A stretch of DNA of 64,000 nucleotides, taken from Eledone cirrhosa. Lineage: Eukaryota. The translations under genes and the position numbers were made by a program. Each line of letters begins with the position of its first letter. Position 1 is the stretch's first letter. The notes beneath the pieces were generated by a model. It worked only from the letters and a program-made list of their open reading frames with translations. It was not told the DNA's origin and did no database searches. This document shows, one piece after another, positions 25,936 through 42,247 of the stretch. The stretch is from NCBI GenBank assembly GCA_964016885.1, contig OZ024742.1, positions 237,522,001-237,586,000 of the forward strand, written 5' to 3'.

Positions 25936-27236
25936 ATTATTATCATCATATTTTCATGTCTACTATGGTTTCATTTTATATCCGTGTAGAGATACAACCC
26001 ATTAACTTCATTATCATTCTTCAGAAAGACATCGGATTGAAAACCGTACCGGAAATACAAATAGCGACAACTGGCCGAGACATCTGGCATGTGTCTGTTT
26101 CTTTGGTTCATCCGGAAGATGAGATGAAATGTGACTATCACTGTAATTCTCTCCCACCACTGCAACGTGATAAAAAATGTAGAAGCTTGTGCACGCATGT
26201 GTGTGTGTGTGTCTTTCGTCTATGTTCAACTGCATCTCTACAGAATTTAACGTACCATATTACATTATTTACAGAGTTTTGCTTCAATAAAGTAGCCGAT
26301 GGGACATCTAACAGCACCAATATGTATCTAATTCTAGATGATAACGGTGAATTGACAGAGTTGTTAGTACGTAAAATAAAATGCCTTGCAGAATTTGTTA
26401 TGGTTCTTTGCACTCTGAGTTCAAATCACACCGAGTTTAACTTTGCCTTACAACTGTCATGCTTTGAATATTTGCAATAGAGTGAATTCTGCCAAAGACA
26501 CCCAAAGGATCAGATGGTTAAATCGGGCAGTGTGTTAGGCATCACCACCAAGGAGTTCCTCTGTTGCAATGTTTCTTTACTTTTTGCTACCTGGTGCCCA
26601 ACCTCGATACGATGACACCACAAAAATCTCGCTGTCCAACTTAATATAAAAACATTTTGATATTTAAAATGATATAATGTAAAATTTAGAAAATATGTCC
26701 CCGCACCCAAGTATTCAATTTTCCCGCTAAAATATACATATTTCTCTCCAAAATGCATATGCAAATTGCCCTCTAAAATACGAAAATTGCACCCTAAATA
26801 TTTAAATTGACCCGAGTGAATATTCAATCAGATCGCTAGTAAACATGCGATCTACCATTTTATTTGATATTTAACATAATTATATGAAATTCAACATATG
26901 TGCCATCTTGTTTTCACTTGAATTTCCAGTGTCATTGCTGTCTGTTTGAGAATGGAATATCCCCATATGTAATTTAAAAAACACATTTGGTACTAAACAG
27001 TCTGCAACCACCGTTGGGTTTATACCAAAGTATTTACATTTATATTAAAAACAAAACTCATTATAATTTCATGTATGTTATGCTCCAAACACCAGCTTAA
27101 TAATGAGATTCTGGATTATCTTTTATAAGATTTGAAAACCAGAGGCGGTGTCTTTGATTCGAAATATGTTAGCGAGTTGGTTAAATTATTTATATTTCGC
27201 TTATGGACTATTCTTCGAAATCAAAAAACTTCATAG

Positions 27237-27347
<111 letters not shown>

Positions 27348-28672
27348 ATACACCTGGAAGTATTGAGAAAGAAGTATCGTCGCAAGAATATAAAGAAAAA
27401 AACCCAAACTCTTCCATACCAAGATCATTAGAAAAATTAAAATACTTCTTAAAAACTTGTTTTTTTAAAAGAAGTAATGCAATTTTACTGAAGATTTTTT
27501 TTATTTATTTACAAATTAGGCGTTTAATTGATATAATCATCATCATCATCGTCATCATGTTTCTGCAGTACTAAACTGAAACATAACAGAACTATATTTC
27601 ATCAACGTTGATGCAAGAAAAGTACGAAAGACAACATCGTCATATATTGCACAATAAGTCTAACAAAAAACCACTACACATCACAAAATAGGTCTCTACC
27701 ACAGAATGTAGTAGGAACTTATTTTAATTGAAAGATTCCGTCTATGATTTTCAAATAATTTTAAATATAATTAAGTATAGAGGGATTCATAATGTAACTT
27801 TGTATAGAGGGATTCATAATGTAACTTTGTCTTGCTTTATTAAACTGTTGTTTGGAACATAAGGTGTTTACATAAATTTATGTTAGAAAGGTTTTAAATA
27901 TATTTAAAGATAAAAAAAAACAAAATTTTTATATCGTAGAGCCCAGGGATAGTTTCAGGTGGTAGTTTCAAAAGGGTTAGTCCTTTTGTTACGATATTTC
28001 AAATGAGACACCGCCTATAATTTTCAAATCATTTAAAAAAATAATCATGAATTGCTTTTAACGATTTACTAATATAATTAACTTTCTCATTATTAAATTT
28101 GTGTTTCGAGCGTAACATAACTTAACAAAGATTTTTAGATAAATTCAAACTTTTTAACATTTTCCTTACAAAATTAATAAAAAAAAGCTGTTTATAATAC
28201 GAACAGAAGAAAAAACAAAAACAAAAATTCCACATATTACACAATAAATCTGAACCTAACGACTGCATATCCCAAGAAGGGAATGTGGTAGGGAACTATT
28301 AAGTATTAGGGAGCATTTTTAGAAAATAGTTATTATTGTGCAGTACTTTTCCAACCAACAAGAAGGACCCTGCGGATAATGGTTACACGCAGCAACAAAT
28401 ATCTTACAAGAAATTGAATTAGATTTTAAACACCTAAAATCTATATCTAAACGGTAAAGTCTATACCTAAAGTCTATAACTAAACAGTATTTTTTCTTTT
28501 CTTTAGTCCCGTAAATCCTGATAAATCGTAGGGGCATCGTAGTGGCATACGGCGTTTCTTGGACATTTTAAGCCCTGCGGAGCCCATCCATCTCCAGGTC
28601 TGAACACAGCAGATTTCTTCCAGAGAAAGATTGAGAGAGAGAAAAAGAGAGAAGAGAGAGACAAGGAGAGAA

Positions 28673-28729
<57 letters not shown>

Positions 28730-28914
28730 AAGAGGGACAGGGGGGAGAATCAACCCCGGTATTGAACTGGTACTTTCTTTTATCGACCTCAATGGATGAA
28801 AAGTAAAGTTAACCTCGGTGGAATTTGAATTCAGAGAAAATAGAGCCGAATCAAATAATACCGCAAAGAATTCTATCCAATGTTCCAACGACTCTGCCAA
28901 TTTGCCGCCTCTAA

Positions 28915-29185
28915 GCAGTATAGTCTACACCAAAAGTAAATACACAAACAGTATAATGGAGACCTAAAGTCTATTCATAAACGTTTAAGTATATACCTAA
29001 GGTATATACTTAAACAGCAAAGTCAATACCTCAAGTCTATACCTAAACGGTGCGGTCTATATCTAAAGTCCATATATAAACAGTATATCATATAACTAAA
29101 GTCTATATATAAACAGTATACTCTATACCTAAAGTCTATATATAAACGGTATATTCTATAGCTAAAGTCTATACTTAAACTGCAT
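28915..29185. repeat. Diverged ~30-bp minisatellite (ctaaagtctatacctaaacggtata...)
   Basis: Tandem units, with further units at ~28430-28490 and ~29500-29525. Confidence 0.7.
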
Positions 29186-29859
29186 GTATCGTCCCGCAAC
29201 TCTTGATGGAGTCATAGTAGTACCGTAGTAACATAGAACATTTATTGGGCATCCTTTAAACCTGGTGGAGCCGGTTTCTTCCGGAGAGAGGAAGAGAGAG
29301 AGAGAGAGAGAGAGAGAGCGACGAAGACAGAGATATAAAGGAAAAAATCAATCACAATACTGGTACGTTTTTATTTATAACGAAAAGGATGAAAGTCAAA
29401 GTTGACCTCGGTAGGATTTGAACTCAGAACGCAGCAAGCCGGAACGAATGCCATAAAGCATTCTATCCGACGTTCTAACGACTCTCCCAATTTGGCGCAC
29501 CTAAACGGTATAGTGTATACCTACATGAAATTATTAAAGAATCGAACGGGATAAATGTGCGGTAACTACTCTGGCATCCATTCTGAATTCAAATACCACC
29601 TCCTGTCACCGGGAATGCGATGGCGATTCTACCAGATAGTATCAGCAATGGAAAGACCAATGGAAACATAATTTTCTTAAGCTGATCTAACGATCAGCTA
29701 CTTTGCATGTATGCCTATATATCTGCTTGTCTCTCTGCCTGTGTATCTGTCTCTATGCCTCTCTGACTGTCTATATATCTGCCTGCTTGACTGCCTGCCT
29801 ATCTATATGCCTGCTTATCAGTCTGTTTGCTTCCGTCTGTCTGTCTGTCTGTCTATCTA

Positions 29860-32812
29860 TACATGGTTGCCTATTCAGACCACAAACTAGTCACCTGCAT
29901 AGTCAACCATGATAGAACACATAGACAAGGACCCGAATACTGGAAGCTGAACATGTCGTTACCGACGCGCAAAGCCTACAGTAGATGGATAAGTAGTTTA
30001 GTTAAGCAACAGTTGACGGGAGCCATCGTCAACAATAGGTGGTGGTACTCTCCCAAGAGAGCAATTAGAGTAGAGTCCATAGTTTTTAGCAAAGAACTAG
30101 CCTTAGAGAAAGACAAAACAGAAAGAGAACTAGTAGCCAAGGTAGAGGAGGCGCTTAAGAGTTGCAACGCATCTAGAGTGCTAACAACGAGACCGGCACT
30201 AGACCAGTTCTTCGATGCGAAACACGAAAGCTGTGGGGTCAGGAGTAAATCCCGTGCTCTAGGAAACGAGGGAGCAAAAGCTATTGGCTGGGCCCGAGTG
30301 GTAGAGGCGAAAAGTGGCAACAAGTCCACGATTCGGTCTTTGAAAGACCAAAACGGACGCGTGCTACTTGATTCCAGGCAGACGTGCACGGCCTTTCAGC
30401 AGCACTTTGCGCAACTGTTCGAGCAGAGCGGTGTGCCAAACGGGGCAATGGACTTCGGTTCATACCTCGACGGCCTACCGCGTCTCTCGAGCATGGACGC
30501 CGAGTTCTGCGAAATACCGATCACAGCCACTGCGATACGGGACGCAAATCACCAGGTCTAGATGGTCTACCCTATGAATTTTACATAGACATGCCGGACT
30601 TGTTCTCTGGCGTCCTCGAGGCCTTCTACTGCAACTGGAGCAGAACGGGACATTTCCCAGTTCTGTAGGCAGGGGCGTAGTAACGCTGATCAGGAAAGAC
30701 GAGATGAAATAAGCAACTTCAGGCCCATAACTCTCCTAAACACAGAGTTAAAGATTTTGGCCAAGGTGTTAGCAACGAGGCTGGTGCTTGTCGTCGAGAA
30801 CCTGGTGGAAAAAGCTCAAAGGTGTGCAATTCCAACTAAGTCCATACACGACAATCTCCACCTCATGCGATACATCATAGAGAGGGTGCGGTGTAAACCC
30901 GGCTTCGGTGGGGATCTGATCAATTTAGATCAGTCTAAGGCGTTCGATAGGGTCGACCATCGATACTTGGAAGCGGTTCTCAAGGCGGCCGATTTCGGAC
31001 CCGTCTTCAAAGGGTGGATCACAGCCATGCACACAAACATCTGCTCGACAGTCAAGGTGAACGGCCACTTATCGGAGCCGTTCCCAATCACGCGTTCCAT
31101 CCGACAGGGATGCCCTCTCTCCCCCACTCTTTACGTATTGACTGTAGAGCCACTACTGCGGAAGCTGAAGCTTTTGCAGGCATCCCGTTGGAACCGGGAC
31201 TGCGGAAAGCGGAGTCGGCTTATGCCGTGACTAATGGTGTCGAAAACGGCGGAAATTGGGGTGATCGGCAACATACTGCAGGAATACGAAGGGCTCACAG
31301 GAGCAAAACTCAACCCGGACAAACCTGTCGGTTTGCAACCCGGAACGTGGAGAGGCAAACCGATGCCGTCCGACAGCATCGTCGGACGCTGGACAGAAGG
31401 ACCGGTGAAATTGCTCGGGGTCTGGTTCGGTCCGGACCACCAGGTGGAGAAAAACTGGAACGAGGTTACGGCCAAGGTATTTGCGCTCACCCAGAAGTGG
31501 GCAGAGTGCAAACTATCCTTAAAAGGTCGAACGGAGGTGGTGAACACTTTCATAACGTCCGTCATCTACTACCGCTTGACCGTCGTGCCTTGTCCCCGTG
31601 AATACCTCACCAAGATGGAACGCATGGTCTTCCAATTCCTTTGGAAGAAGCAGGCTCCACTGGTGAGGAGATCCGTCTGCTGCCAGCACCCTTCCAGCGA
31701 AGGGCTGGGAATGTCGTGGCTGATGATGCGCAAACACACTCTGAGGCTACGGCATCGCCAGGTATTCTTCACCGACCAACCGATGTGGGCCCCGTTTGTG
31801 AGAAAAGCCTTCCCACAACTTGTCTCGCTGACGGAGCTGCAGTCCTAGGTCAAGCGGAGACCGAAGAAAATGGGCGCCTGGCACATTGAATGCGCTCAGG
31901 CGCTCACAGTCCCCTGTCAAGCGGGCCCAGCAACCAGTGGTGACTCCACTTCGATATTCTATAGAGGGATAATACGTTACAAGTGCGACGGCGAGCTCGG
32001 AGACACTCTGGGCGTCGAAGACGACGAGTTCACCAGTCTGTTCGGTAGGACTTTCCGCCCGGGATCTATGGATAACTTCCAAAGGTCCCTCGCCTGGTAG
32101 TGCTATCGAGGAGCTCTACCAGTACGTGACAAGATCTACAGGCACGGGCGCCCCGGCAGGAATCCTTCCAAGAGGACGTATCAAAGATGTGAGAAGGACA
32201 TTGAAACTGTGCTGCACGCAATTGTACACTTTCCGGGCGTAACCGACCTGTGGAACTACGCAGAACAACTGCTGTTGCGTATGGGACAAATCCAGTTGAC
32301 TGCCGAGTCCATAGTAAGGATCAAACCGCCACCTTCTTTCAAAAACGCAAGAGAGGCGGTTTTCCTCTGTATAGTGGCTATGGTAAAAGAGGTTACACGG
32401 TGGACAAGATTGAGAGGACTGAGGACAGATGCCTTTCTCTCCGGACAACAACTCATTCTCTTCTTTAGGTACTACTTTAGAAGGAGAATCAGAGAGTAAA
32501 TTTACTGAAAGGTGGGTGAATGTAGCAAAAATGGTCCGAGTGATTAGCCCTTCTCTGTATATAAACCTGTAGGTTGAAGAGGAGAGCAAAAGGAAGAAAG
32601 GATCACTTGCACAACATACTCCTGGAGTTGAGGGTTGTTCTATCTACGGGGTATAAAACAACCCAATTATAACGCCTTCCCCCTATTGGGGATTTCGATT
32701 GTTGAATTTGTTTGTCAAAAAATTTTTTTTACACGATTGTATGTAAAATCCCCGGCATATGTCCTTGTATTGTCCCCTTTTCTTGTGCGCCCTTGTGGCA
32801 AATAAAAAAATA
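29860..32812 (+). mobile_element. Tx1/L1-clade LINE ORF2 pseudogene, 5' truncated
   Basis: SDHK, WKLN, KSPGLDGLPYEFY, FRPITLLN, NLDQSKAFDRVDH, RQGCPLSP; AATAAAA end. Paralogous to 21945-23453. Confidence 0.9.
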
Positions 32813-32873
32813 TATCTATATGTCTGATTGTCCATCCGTCCGTCTATATTGCATGTATGCATACAACATATAT

Positions 32874-32935
<62 letters not shown>

Positions 32936-33344
32936 TTTCTTCTTTCCTTTTCTTTTTTATTTCGTCTGTTCTGCTTTACACCTACCACCCAATAATTTCA
33001 CTAATATAATATAGATAGTTCACTTGTTGCTGTTTTGTTTTCATAATTCCCTAACCGTAATCTAAAACACGTAAGACAAGCTAATAGTATAGAAAGTATA
33101 TAATTCAGTAAAACAACACGTGTATAAATGTCAAAATATTTCTATACACGATGCTATCCTATCATTATCATTACCATTTTTCGGAACTAGTAATATTCAC
33201 TGTTTTTCCGAGCAGAGAATTTATTTTGTCGACTATTATATATTAAACTACACTATTACCCGTCATATGATGGGTAACTTTGAGAGAATCTCTTGTGACG
33301 CTAAACTCCGCCAGTTGCAGACTGCGCATTAACATGTGATATCT

Positions 33345-33720
33345 CTCTCTACAAAGATCGATCACCAGCAGCAGAGTTCAAAGAGCAAAGATCAAGTCCA
33401 GTCCATAATGTGACATTATCAAGCCATCGTTTTGGTTGCCAGCCTCTGCTTCTCTTACCAGCCAACCTTCCTTTCAGGCATAACCTTCTCACACCATGAG
33501 TTGATATTTTTATATGGCCGTATAGTTTGAGTACTTTTGACTTGACAATTGATGTAATTGGTCTAAGTTTGGTAATGATACAGATACGGTCGCTGAGCCG
33601 CTTGGCAGTCACAAGTCTCATGATGTGGTTCTAGAATGTAGAGAGCTTCTGAAGTGACCTTGTCGTCCAATTAACACAGTCAAGACCATATAACATAACT
33701 GGTAGGATGTAAGTATCAAA
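33345..33720 (-). mobile_element. RTE-like LINE 3' fragment
   Basis: LKLYGHIK...LKGRLAGKRSRGWQPKRWLDNV. Confidence 0.75.
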
Positions 33721-34049
33721 GATACGCTAGCCCAAAATATATATATAACAATAAATATTTGAGTAATAAATAAAAATGAACATATTGGTAAGAAATAAAA
33801 ACAAATTTACCCTGCCTGCATTTGGCTAAAATAATTCATAATATATTGCTCATGCTAAAATTTATAAATATAGTATTAAAGAAATCAACGATTTAAGAAA
33901 AAGGAAAGAAAATAAATTGATAAAAGGAATATATATTCTCATATAAGTATGTTCCATTCATTAAAAACGACGAAGAAAAAGTGAAAAAAAAGCGTAACTT
34001 CGTACAAAAACTCTGTAGACGAAAGTGTGTGTATATATGAGTGTGCATG

Positions 34050-34132
<83 letters not shown>

Positions 34133-34360
34133 GCGTGTGTGTATGAACATTCATATGTATTTGCTTTTATAAATTCTTAAGTTACGTATTTCTGTATATC
34201 GCGAAATATGTACACAACTTCTGATGGTGTTCCCCAAAAGAACTGAAACTCGGGTCAAGCTGTTCATCGCTTCCAATCTACAGAGGAATACATGGCTAAA
34301 CACACACACACACACATATATATATATATTAATACATATATATAAATACACAGACAGACA

Positions 34361-34441
<81 letters not shown>

Positions 34442-34457
34442 ACACATATATATTAGT

Positions 34458-34570
34458 ATCGTCAAATCGGACCGAGGAAACAATGTTTCCATTGGTTTTT
34501 CCAATTGCTAATACTATCTATCGGTCGCAACTCCAGATAGAAGATTTGGCGAAAGTCGATCGACTGTCGA
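34458..34570 (+). mobile_element. MITE copy retaining right TIR
   Basis: Ends gatttggcgaaagtcgatcgactgtcga|ta, the inverse of the start of the 19409 copy. Confidence 0.65.
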
Positions 34571-34799
34571 TATATAAGTATTGGTGATCTGAAATAGCGA
34601 TGTATACTTGAATGTATGTATAGTATATTTGGCAATATACTGTATGTTTAATTAAAAACATTTTGAAGACCTTTCGCTATGAGTTTTAAAGTAGTGACTA
34701 TGTCACTTACTTATTCTCGGCAAAAGCAAAGGAGAGTGATCGACAGTCCTGTTTCTCGCTCATTAGCGTTTATCAAGACCACTCACCCCTTCGCTTCTA

Positions 34800-34840
<41 letters not shown>

Positions 34841-34843
34841 GTA

Positions 34844-34933
34844 TCCTCTTGATAAGTCGGCAGACCTCGCAAGGACTCTATATCTTTATGATGTATTGTT
34901 TTTGTTTATGCCATGAAACTACGTAGTCGAGGA
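34844..34933 (+). ncRNA. Type I hammerhead with U3-A8 core variant and long loop II
   Basis: TCCTC-TTGATAA-GTcGGCA...TGCCAT-GAAA-CTA(cg)TAG-TC-GAGGA, within a ~170-bp insert between (TA)n tracts. A partial second copy lies at 48155-48277(-). Confidence 0.68.
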
Positions 34934-35033
34934 ATCTAGGAGCAGTTTAGGTATGATTCATTTTATTACTAATTATATCTAAATGTTTCTTCTCTCTTCA
35001 TAATGTATATATATCTATATATATCTATATATA

Positions 35034-35140
<107 letters not shown>

Positions 35141-35688
35141 GTGAGTGCATGTGTGCACTCTTCTAGCAGTATACTATTATTATACAACTACTGTTGTAAT
35201 ATTCCGAAATGTTCTTTATTGCCTACAAAAAGTCAGAAAATAAATATTAACTAATTGGTTTGCCTTTCAAATTACAGAATCAAATAAGGCATGTTTACAT
35301 ATATATAAACGTGTGTTTACATACTCATTTCTCGTAGCTTCAGTTAAATCCTGTACAGATACGTATTTATTTAATTTATATTCTTCATACTCTCGCCTTC
35401 ACCTTTCTGCAGCATATACCAAATTGATGCCAGCATTGGAAAATGTTACAAGGTGATTATATATAAATGTATGTTATTTAATAGAAACCAACCCACGAAC
35501 GTATGTGAATGAACTAGAAGTATATAGATTAAGCCAAAATAACGCCTTCGTGTGTGTAAAAGCTTCTGTTTTTTATGGCTACATAAATTAAATTAACTTT
35601 GCTATAACTTATAATGGATTTTCGTGCATTAAAATATTAAGTATCAAACATTAAAACATCTTGGGACATACAACACACACTCTCTCTA

Positions 35689-35766
<78 letters not shown>

Positions 35767-35769
35767 GCA

Positions 35770-35872
<103 letters not shown>

Positions 35873-35876
35873 TTAT

Positions 35877-37230
<1,354 letters not shown>

Positions 37231-37411
37231 GGCGAGGGGGCTTGTGTGTTACCGTAAGTGCGAGAGAGCGTTACCGTCTGGAGCGTTGCTTATGGTATGG
37301 CTATCCTAGGCGGGCCGGTTTCCCGAGGTAGTTCCAGACCAAAGGTGACCCACGAGGTGTCGGCTCGCTGCCAAGATGGCGGGCCTATCATCCTGTAGTG
37401 ATAGGGGTCAC

Positions 37412-38150
37412 CGTTATGTAGCCAATAGATATATTCTTTGCAGTATCAAATGATTAAAAGAATGATGAAGAATTGTGATGTTGACAATGTTTATTTTATA
37501 ATAATAAAATTCACTTGTTGGTACATCGAATATTGAGTAATAAAATCGTGACAGTAATTATCACTACATTAATTGTCTTACTAGCTACTTCGAGCTAGCG
37601 TAAATGTATGTATCAAATAAAACGATATATTAGAAGTTGTGTTATACTTTTTAATAGCAGAGAAATGACAAGGAAGGCTAAAGGATAGATAAGTGTAGAA
37701 GGGAACAATATAAGGAAACCTATTGTGTGTGTGTGTGTTTATCCTTAGCATTCGTGATTTCTGTAGCAGCAGTTAATCTGTCGAGCTGGTATGAAATGTG
37801 AGAGAACAGTAAGTAGAAGACTGTATTCGTGAAGAGAAATTCATAGTCTTAGCAGAACTGTCTTCTTTCGTAAGTGTTATCACTATCTCTCCTTCGGTTC
37901 TCGAAGCGATTGTATTTATAATAATACTATATCTAGAAGGATATGTATATGGTGTTTGATTTAATAGTAACCATGTGTGTTTCGTCTGTCAAGTGTCTGG
38001 GGTCACAGGTCAGGTGCTATATACGTTTATCATAGTTGTCCTTTACAGGACAATTGTGAAAATTCCTAATGATAGGTGGTTTTAGAGGCGAGAAATTTTA
38101 GATTCGATTTCGAATCTTCGCCAGGTAAAACATAGTAGAATTTTGTTACA
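37412..38150 (-). mobile_element. Possible solo LTR inserted in the RTE 5' UTR
   Basis: AT-rich block interrupting a GC-richer UTR. Minus strand starts TGTAAC and ends ATAACG with AATAAA near the end; no clean TSD. Confidence 0.3.
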
Positions 38151-40881
38151 ATCCGACTATTCTGTGGAGGACTAACAACCCACCCAAAAGAACCATCAAC
38201 TCGTTACGAAACCCACCAGAAGAAACTGGACTACTCGACATCGGAACGGACTCCTGTATTCCCTCCACCGACGACACATTGACATACACTACAAAATTCG
38301 TGTTACCACATCGAACGTCTTGTCGCTACTTCGTACTGAAGCAGCCACTCTGCTGTCCCGAGAGTTACCACACTACAACATCACATTGGCGGGACTCTTC
38401 TAGACACATTGGCTCGGCAGCGGCGAATTCATCACGAGAGAGAACGGGCTCATCTGGAGTGGACCGGAGGACTGGATGGGCTTCTTCAGCGTGGCACTGG
38501 CCGTACCCTAAACACATCCACAAGTCACTCATCAGCTGGAACCGGATGAGCGACCGTTTGTTGTCCACCCGTTTTCTCCATCGACACGGGAAGATGACTA
38601 TCATTGTTACCTGTGCCCCTACAGACGTCGCAGATGGCACTGTCAAGGACTACTACTACGACCATCTCCAACGGGTTTAGGACAAATCCCACTCCATTAC
38701 ATCATCCTGATGGACGTCAATGTTACCATCTCTTACTATCTCTTCTTCTGCCAGGTTTCCTTCAGCTCATCCGTTGCAGATTCAGCCTATTGGCACAACC
38801 TTCGCTGACCCACCCACCAATGTCAACGGTAATCGCTTGCTGCTCCTCTGCCATTGAAACAATCTCTGTATTGCCGATACCTGGTTCCCCGCAAATTCAT
38901 CCATCACTGGACTTGGTACAGTCCTGGCGGATACATCCGGAAGGCAATCGACCACATCATTATCTGCCGCTGGAGGTCGTTTGTCCTCAACTGCCGTGTC
39001 TACAGAGGAGCTCAACTAGACAATAGCGTCTATCGGTTGCTGGCTGCGGCACTAAAGCTGAGGTTGTGGGCAGACCCTGTCACCAAGTACCAGCCCATCC
39101 TTGACTCATCTTGTCTCAGTGATCCTAACATGGCCTGTACTCTATCGCCGATCGCTTCAGCGCTCATGCCGAGGACGAAACCGACAACTGGTAGATCTTT
39201 AAATCAAGTGTCAACTTGTCTGCGCGTGACGTCCTGGTAAAGCCAAGACCTTTTCCCAAACGACCCAGGATTTCATTGCAGACGCTGGAGATAATTAACT
39301 GTCCCACAAGGCTCGCCTGCCTGGTGGCATAAATGAGTATTACCGGCTCAACCGAACACGCAAGAAGACCATCATAGATGACCAAAAGAGCTTTGGGGCG
39401 GAAGACATCGAACATCTGAAGACAGCAGCAAGGAACAACGACCTCAGCCAGGTGTTAAACACACTCCACAGAGCACGTGCCGTTCCCCGGATCAAGACAG
39501 CCTTAGTGAAGGATAGCAATGGCAACGTCATCATCACAGAAACCACCTGCCTCAAACACTGGAAGGAGCACCAGCCTTCTTCTTCACCACTCTCCTGTTC
39601 CAATCGATCCCTGCCTAGCCAGCACCGCAGACGCAGCTACAGCCAACGACACTTGGAGACTCGATCCTGTCATTTTCAATGAAGTCAGAGCCGCCCTAAA
39701 GAAACTAAAAAACCGCAAAGCACCTGGAATCTACACTATGGAGATGTTAAAGGTGGGCGAAGATAACATGATCTAGTGGCTTACCAGTATCATCAACCAT
39801 ATATGGGTGTCAGAGCGGCTCCCAAATGACTGAACACGAGACATTATCCTTCCCTTCTGGAAAAGGAACGGCAGCAATCTCGTGTGCAGCAATCACAGGG
39901 GTATCAGACTTCTCGCCTTCCCAAGCAAGTTATTCACCAAGATTCCCCCACAGCCATGCTCTTCCTGCCATTAAAAGCAGACGTCACCCACAAGCTGGAT
40001 TTATACTAAATCGATCTACCACAGACCACATTTCTGCCCTCAACCTTATTATTGAAAATCTCGGGAGTTCTGCAGTGATCACCGCCTCTAAGTCGCCTTC
40101 GTCGACCTCAAAGCAGCTTTCGACACAGACGACCATGCATCTCTCTGGAAAATTATCAAGTTCATCGGCGCGCCTCCAAAGATCATATTGGCCCCGACGT
40201 CGTGGAGTTTGTAAGATCCTTCATTTACCGGAGCCCGACAGTAACCAACAATGGATACTTGACTCCGGAGGTCAACCACAGATGTGGTCTGGTCGCTAGG
40301 GTTAAGCATCCCCTATAGAATTCCCTTTGGCACCATGCTCTATCCTCAGGAAGACGAAGCTCCGTATCTACGACGCATTGGTCCTCTCCGTTCTCCTCTA
40401 TGGAGCAGAAATGTGGATCCTCACAAAGACTCTGACAAAGAGGATCGGCGGCTTTGATAGCAGAGTCCCGAGGACCATCGTGAACATCAGATGGTACCAC
40501 CACGTTTCCAACAAACTGTTGCGTGCGCACAGGCATCAGCTCACAGCCTGCCGCCTCATAGCCATTCGCCGCATGCGCGGTACGGACATGTCCTTCGACT
40601 ACCACCAGATAATCCTATCAGGGCCTTACTTTCGTTCGACGCAACAGTTATAGGATGGAAGAGGCCCCGTGACAGGCCCTGCACCAGATGGCTGGATGGA
40701 TCAAGAAAGATCTCCAGAAGCTCGACGTCACATTGGAGGACGTCGAGGGGCTGGCACGGATCGGCAGCGATGGCGGGGACCGGTGGACCTAGTCTGCTCT
40801 TCGTATGATGATATCCCTGAGATCATTGACCTAGGATGACCCCAGTCTCATCGAGCAAGGGCAAATAGTACACACACACAC

Positions 40882-40952
<71 letters not shown>

Positions 40953-41784
40953 GTATTACTAGAACACAGCCTATAGAAGAGACAAGGTAAATTTAATGTT
41001 GATATAACTAAAGTTTTTTAAATTCGAAGCCTCACTGCAAAATGAATAAAGTGCATACACTTTCCGTTGTTCCCACTATATACGGAAAATATAATTAATT
41101 CACTTTAAGCATTTCGGAGATGAATGTATACTCATCAGAAGTTATTCCGTTCGTAAAACAATGCAATACATATTGATGACATTAGCATTCAGAAAAATTT
41201 TTTTTTTTCTGTATCTATTGGTAGATCACAATATTTCCCTTTTACAATGCTATTCGATAACAAAGATTTTGTCAAATGCATTTTTGAGATTATAATTCTC
41301 AACAGCTTTAAGCTAACTAAATCGGAATCAATAGAGTAAATAATTAAAATTAGAATTCTCAGCTACAGGTGAAATAAAAAGCAAGCACGAAAAGTGAATA
41401 AATTTACATTAATGTGCATAAAGAAGAAATTGTAAATATATGCTTATATCTGGAGGCGAACTGACGGCATATAGAATGCTTTGCAGTATTCGTTCCGACT
41501 CTTTGTGCTCTGATTTCAAATCCCGCTGTGGTCAACTTTGCCTTTCATTCTTTCAAGGTCAATAAAACATAGTTCTAGTCTAGTACTGGGGTTGATTTTT
41601 TTCCTCTATATCTCTTTCTCACTTCCTCACTTCCTCACTTCCTCACTATCACCCTGACTCCTTTTTTAGAATAAATCGGCTGAGTTCCGGCCTAGAGATG
41701 AGAAGGGCTTCAAGAGGTTTAAAATGCCGAAGAAATTCCATATATCACCCCAGCGCCTCTACGACTATATCAATATATATCAGT

Positions 41785-42080
41785 AAAGGCGCGTGACTTA
41801 GTGGTTAAGTGTGTTGGACTGACAATCGTAAAATCATGAGTTCGATTCTTTTTAGATCGGTCGATCTGTTGTGTGCTTGAGTAAGACATTTTATTTCACG
41901 TTGCTCCAATCCACTTAGCTGGAAAAGGTAAGTTGCAATTTAAAGGGCCAGCTTTGCAATTCATTATGCCACGCTGGATCTCCCCGAGAACTACGTTATG
42001 GGTATACGTATCTCTGGAATGATCAGTGACTTTCACGAGCTGGCTGTTCCATTGATCAAATCAATTGGAACACTAATCGT
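41785..42080 (+). mobile_element. tRNA-derived SINE family B (CORE-like)
   Basis: A-box tagtggttaag, B-box gagttcgattc, then cttgagtaagacattttatttcacgttgctcca. Related copies near 6339-6405(-), 17530-17625(-), 19510-19620(-), 24005-24190(+), 55840-55950(-), 57010-57310(+). Confidence 0.75.
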
Positions 42081-42212
42081 GGTTCAACTAATATCTATTG
42101 AAAAGGCAGTGGTCGTGCAGATTGAGCGAAGATTCATAAGAAAGGAGTTCAAATATAGTTGATATCATTCAAGACTTTTTATTTGGTGGAAACTTATGCC
42201 AAGGCACACACA

Positions 42213-42247
<35 letters not shown>

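Noticed and set aside
25956-26480. 174-aa plus-strand ORF as a gene
   Set aside because: Runs through a microsatellite and a SINE; no recognisable domain.
28915-29185. Regularly spaced repeats as a CRISPR-like array
   Set aside because: No unique spacers; a degenerate minisatellite in eukaryotic DNA.
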